From positions 48,594,999-48,658,998 of the forward strand of contig NC_083424.1 of the NCBI RefSeq assembly GCF_020745735.1: a stretch of DNA of 64,000 bases, given 5' to 3'. The stretch is from Hemiscyllium ocellatum (Eukaryota). The notes under the pieces were generated by a model that did not search any database, was not told where the DNA came from, and saw nothing but the letters and a program-made list of their open reading frames with translations. Shown one piece after another: positions 63,331 through 64,000 of this stretch (positions are counted from its first letter, which is position 1; the number at the start of each line of letters is the position of its first letter). A program made the position numbers and the translations under genes.

Positions 63331-64000
63331 ATAGTGTTTTTCCCCACTGGTTACATCCCCTTTCACCTCACTGAAATTCACACTGACAATTCTTGCCTTT
63401 TGTCCCTTGCCATTTTTCACAAATAAACAAAACATGATAGTATGATTAATGATCCTTTAAAGGTCACCTTATTCCTCAGAATTAGATATTGCATGGCTCC
63501 TCTTCCTTTGCCCACGGGTGCAGGCTGGTGTAATTGGCAAACACGTGGCAAGTGTAAATTGAGGCAAAAATGTCAACTGGGGTACTCTAGTAGCAAAAAG
63601 AAAGAAGGCCCATGGAGGAGCAGAGCTACCTGGTGGAGCATGTAGGCAACTCGTTGAAGGCAGAAGAGCAGTGTGGGAAAGTCATTATTAAACTACAAGG
63701 CATAGGTTTGGGGTGAGAAGGGAAAGATTTAAAAGGGACTTAATTGGCAATTTTGTCATGTAGAGTGTGGTGCGTGTACCAAAACAGCTGGCAGAGGAAG
63801 TGTGGAGGATGGGACAGTTATAATATTTTAAGCACATCTGGATGGGTATTTGAATAGGAAGGATTTCGAGGGATATTGTTCAAGTGTCGATAAAGGGGAT
63901 TAGATTCACTCAGGACATCTTTACGACTTTGACCGAAGGGTCTGTTTCTATGCTGCACATCTCTATGGCGGTAAGACAAAAATATTAATAACAAAGGCTC

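Larger units (their letters stand above)
39654..64000. repeat. Segmental duplication, copy B (contains 42145-50243, absent from copy A; runs off the right end)
   Basis: Colinear with copy A; position 64000 corresponds to 16001. Confidence 0.97.

Noticed and set aside
1735-63645. Remaining 60-150 aa ORFs in the track as novel genes
   Set aside because: They are fragments or antisense frames of transposons, or AT-rich chance ORFs with no recognisable domain or splice context.
39654-64000. The duplication as an uncollapsed haplotype artefact
   Set aside because: About 7-8% divergence in the hand sample and many indels are more than allelic difference would normally give; read depth would settle it.
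1-64000. CRISPR arrays, rRNA genes or prokaryotic systems
   Set aside because: No regularly spaced repeat-spacer array, rRNA signature or operon structure; the sequence is vertebrate and intron-containing.

Overview
Repeat-rich genomic DNA from a cartilaginous fish (shark; inferred from the immunoglobulin type and the SINE/CR1/Penelope-like repeats). The one host gene is a type II (lambda-like) immunoglobulin light-chain cluster. It has a double-octamer promoter, a leader exon (26231-26279), a germline-joined VJ exon with no RSS (26419-26760), a C exon (29055-29377) and AATAAA at 29603. All exons are open, but the canonical VJ-to-C splice makes a stop codon across the junction (T|AA). The predicted product is therefore a 130-aa secreted V-only precursor, unless an alternative acceptor is used or the base is an error. 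A decayed, more distant paralogous VJ (46732-46996) has no visible leader or C exon. The window holds two copies of a tandem segmental duplication (about 92% identical in a 120-nt hand sample): 1-2527 matches 39654-42144, and 2525-16001 matches 50241-64000. The first copy lost 8099 bp, including the pseudo-VJ, at a 3-bp microhomology. The rest is transposon debris: CR1, L2, Rex1/Babar, a Tx1-like L1 with a 19-bp TSD, a Gmr1-type gypsy element (integrase before RT), a solo LTR, tRNA-derived SINEs, and Penelope-like elements with degenerate hammerhead-ribozyme cores. Most ORFs in the supplied track are fragments or antisense frames of these repeats. All comparisons were made by hand, and repeat boundaries are approximate unless a TSD is given.
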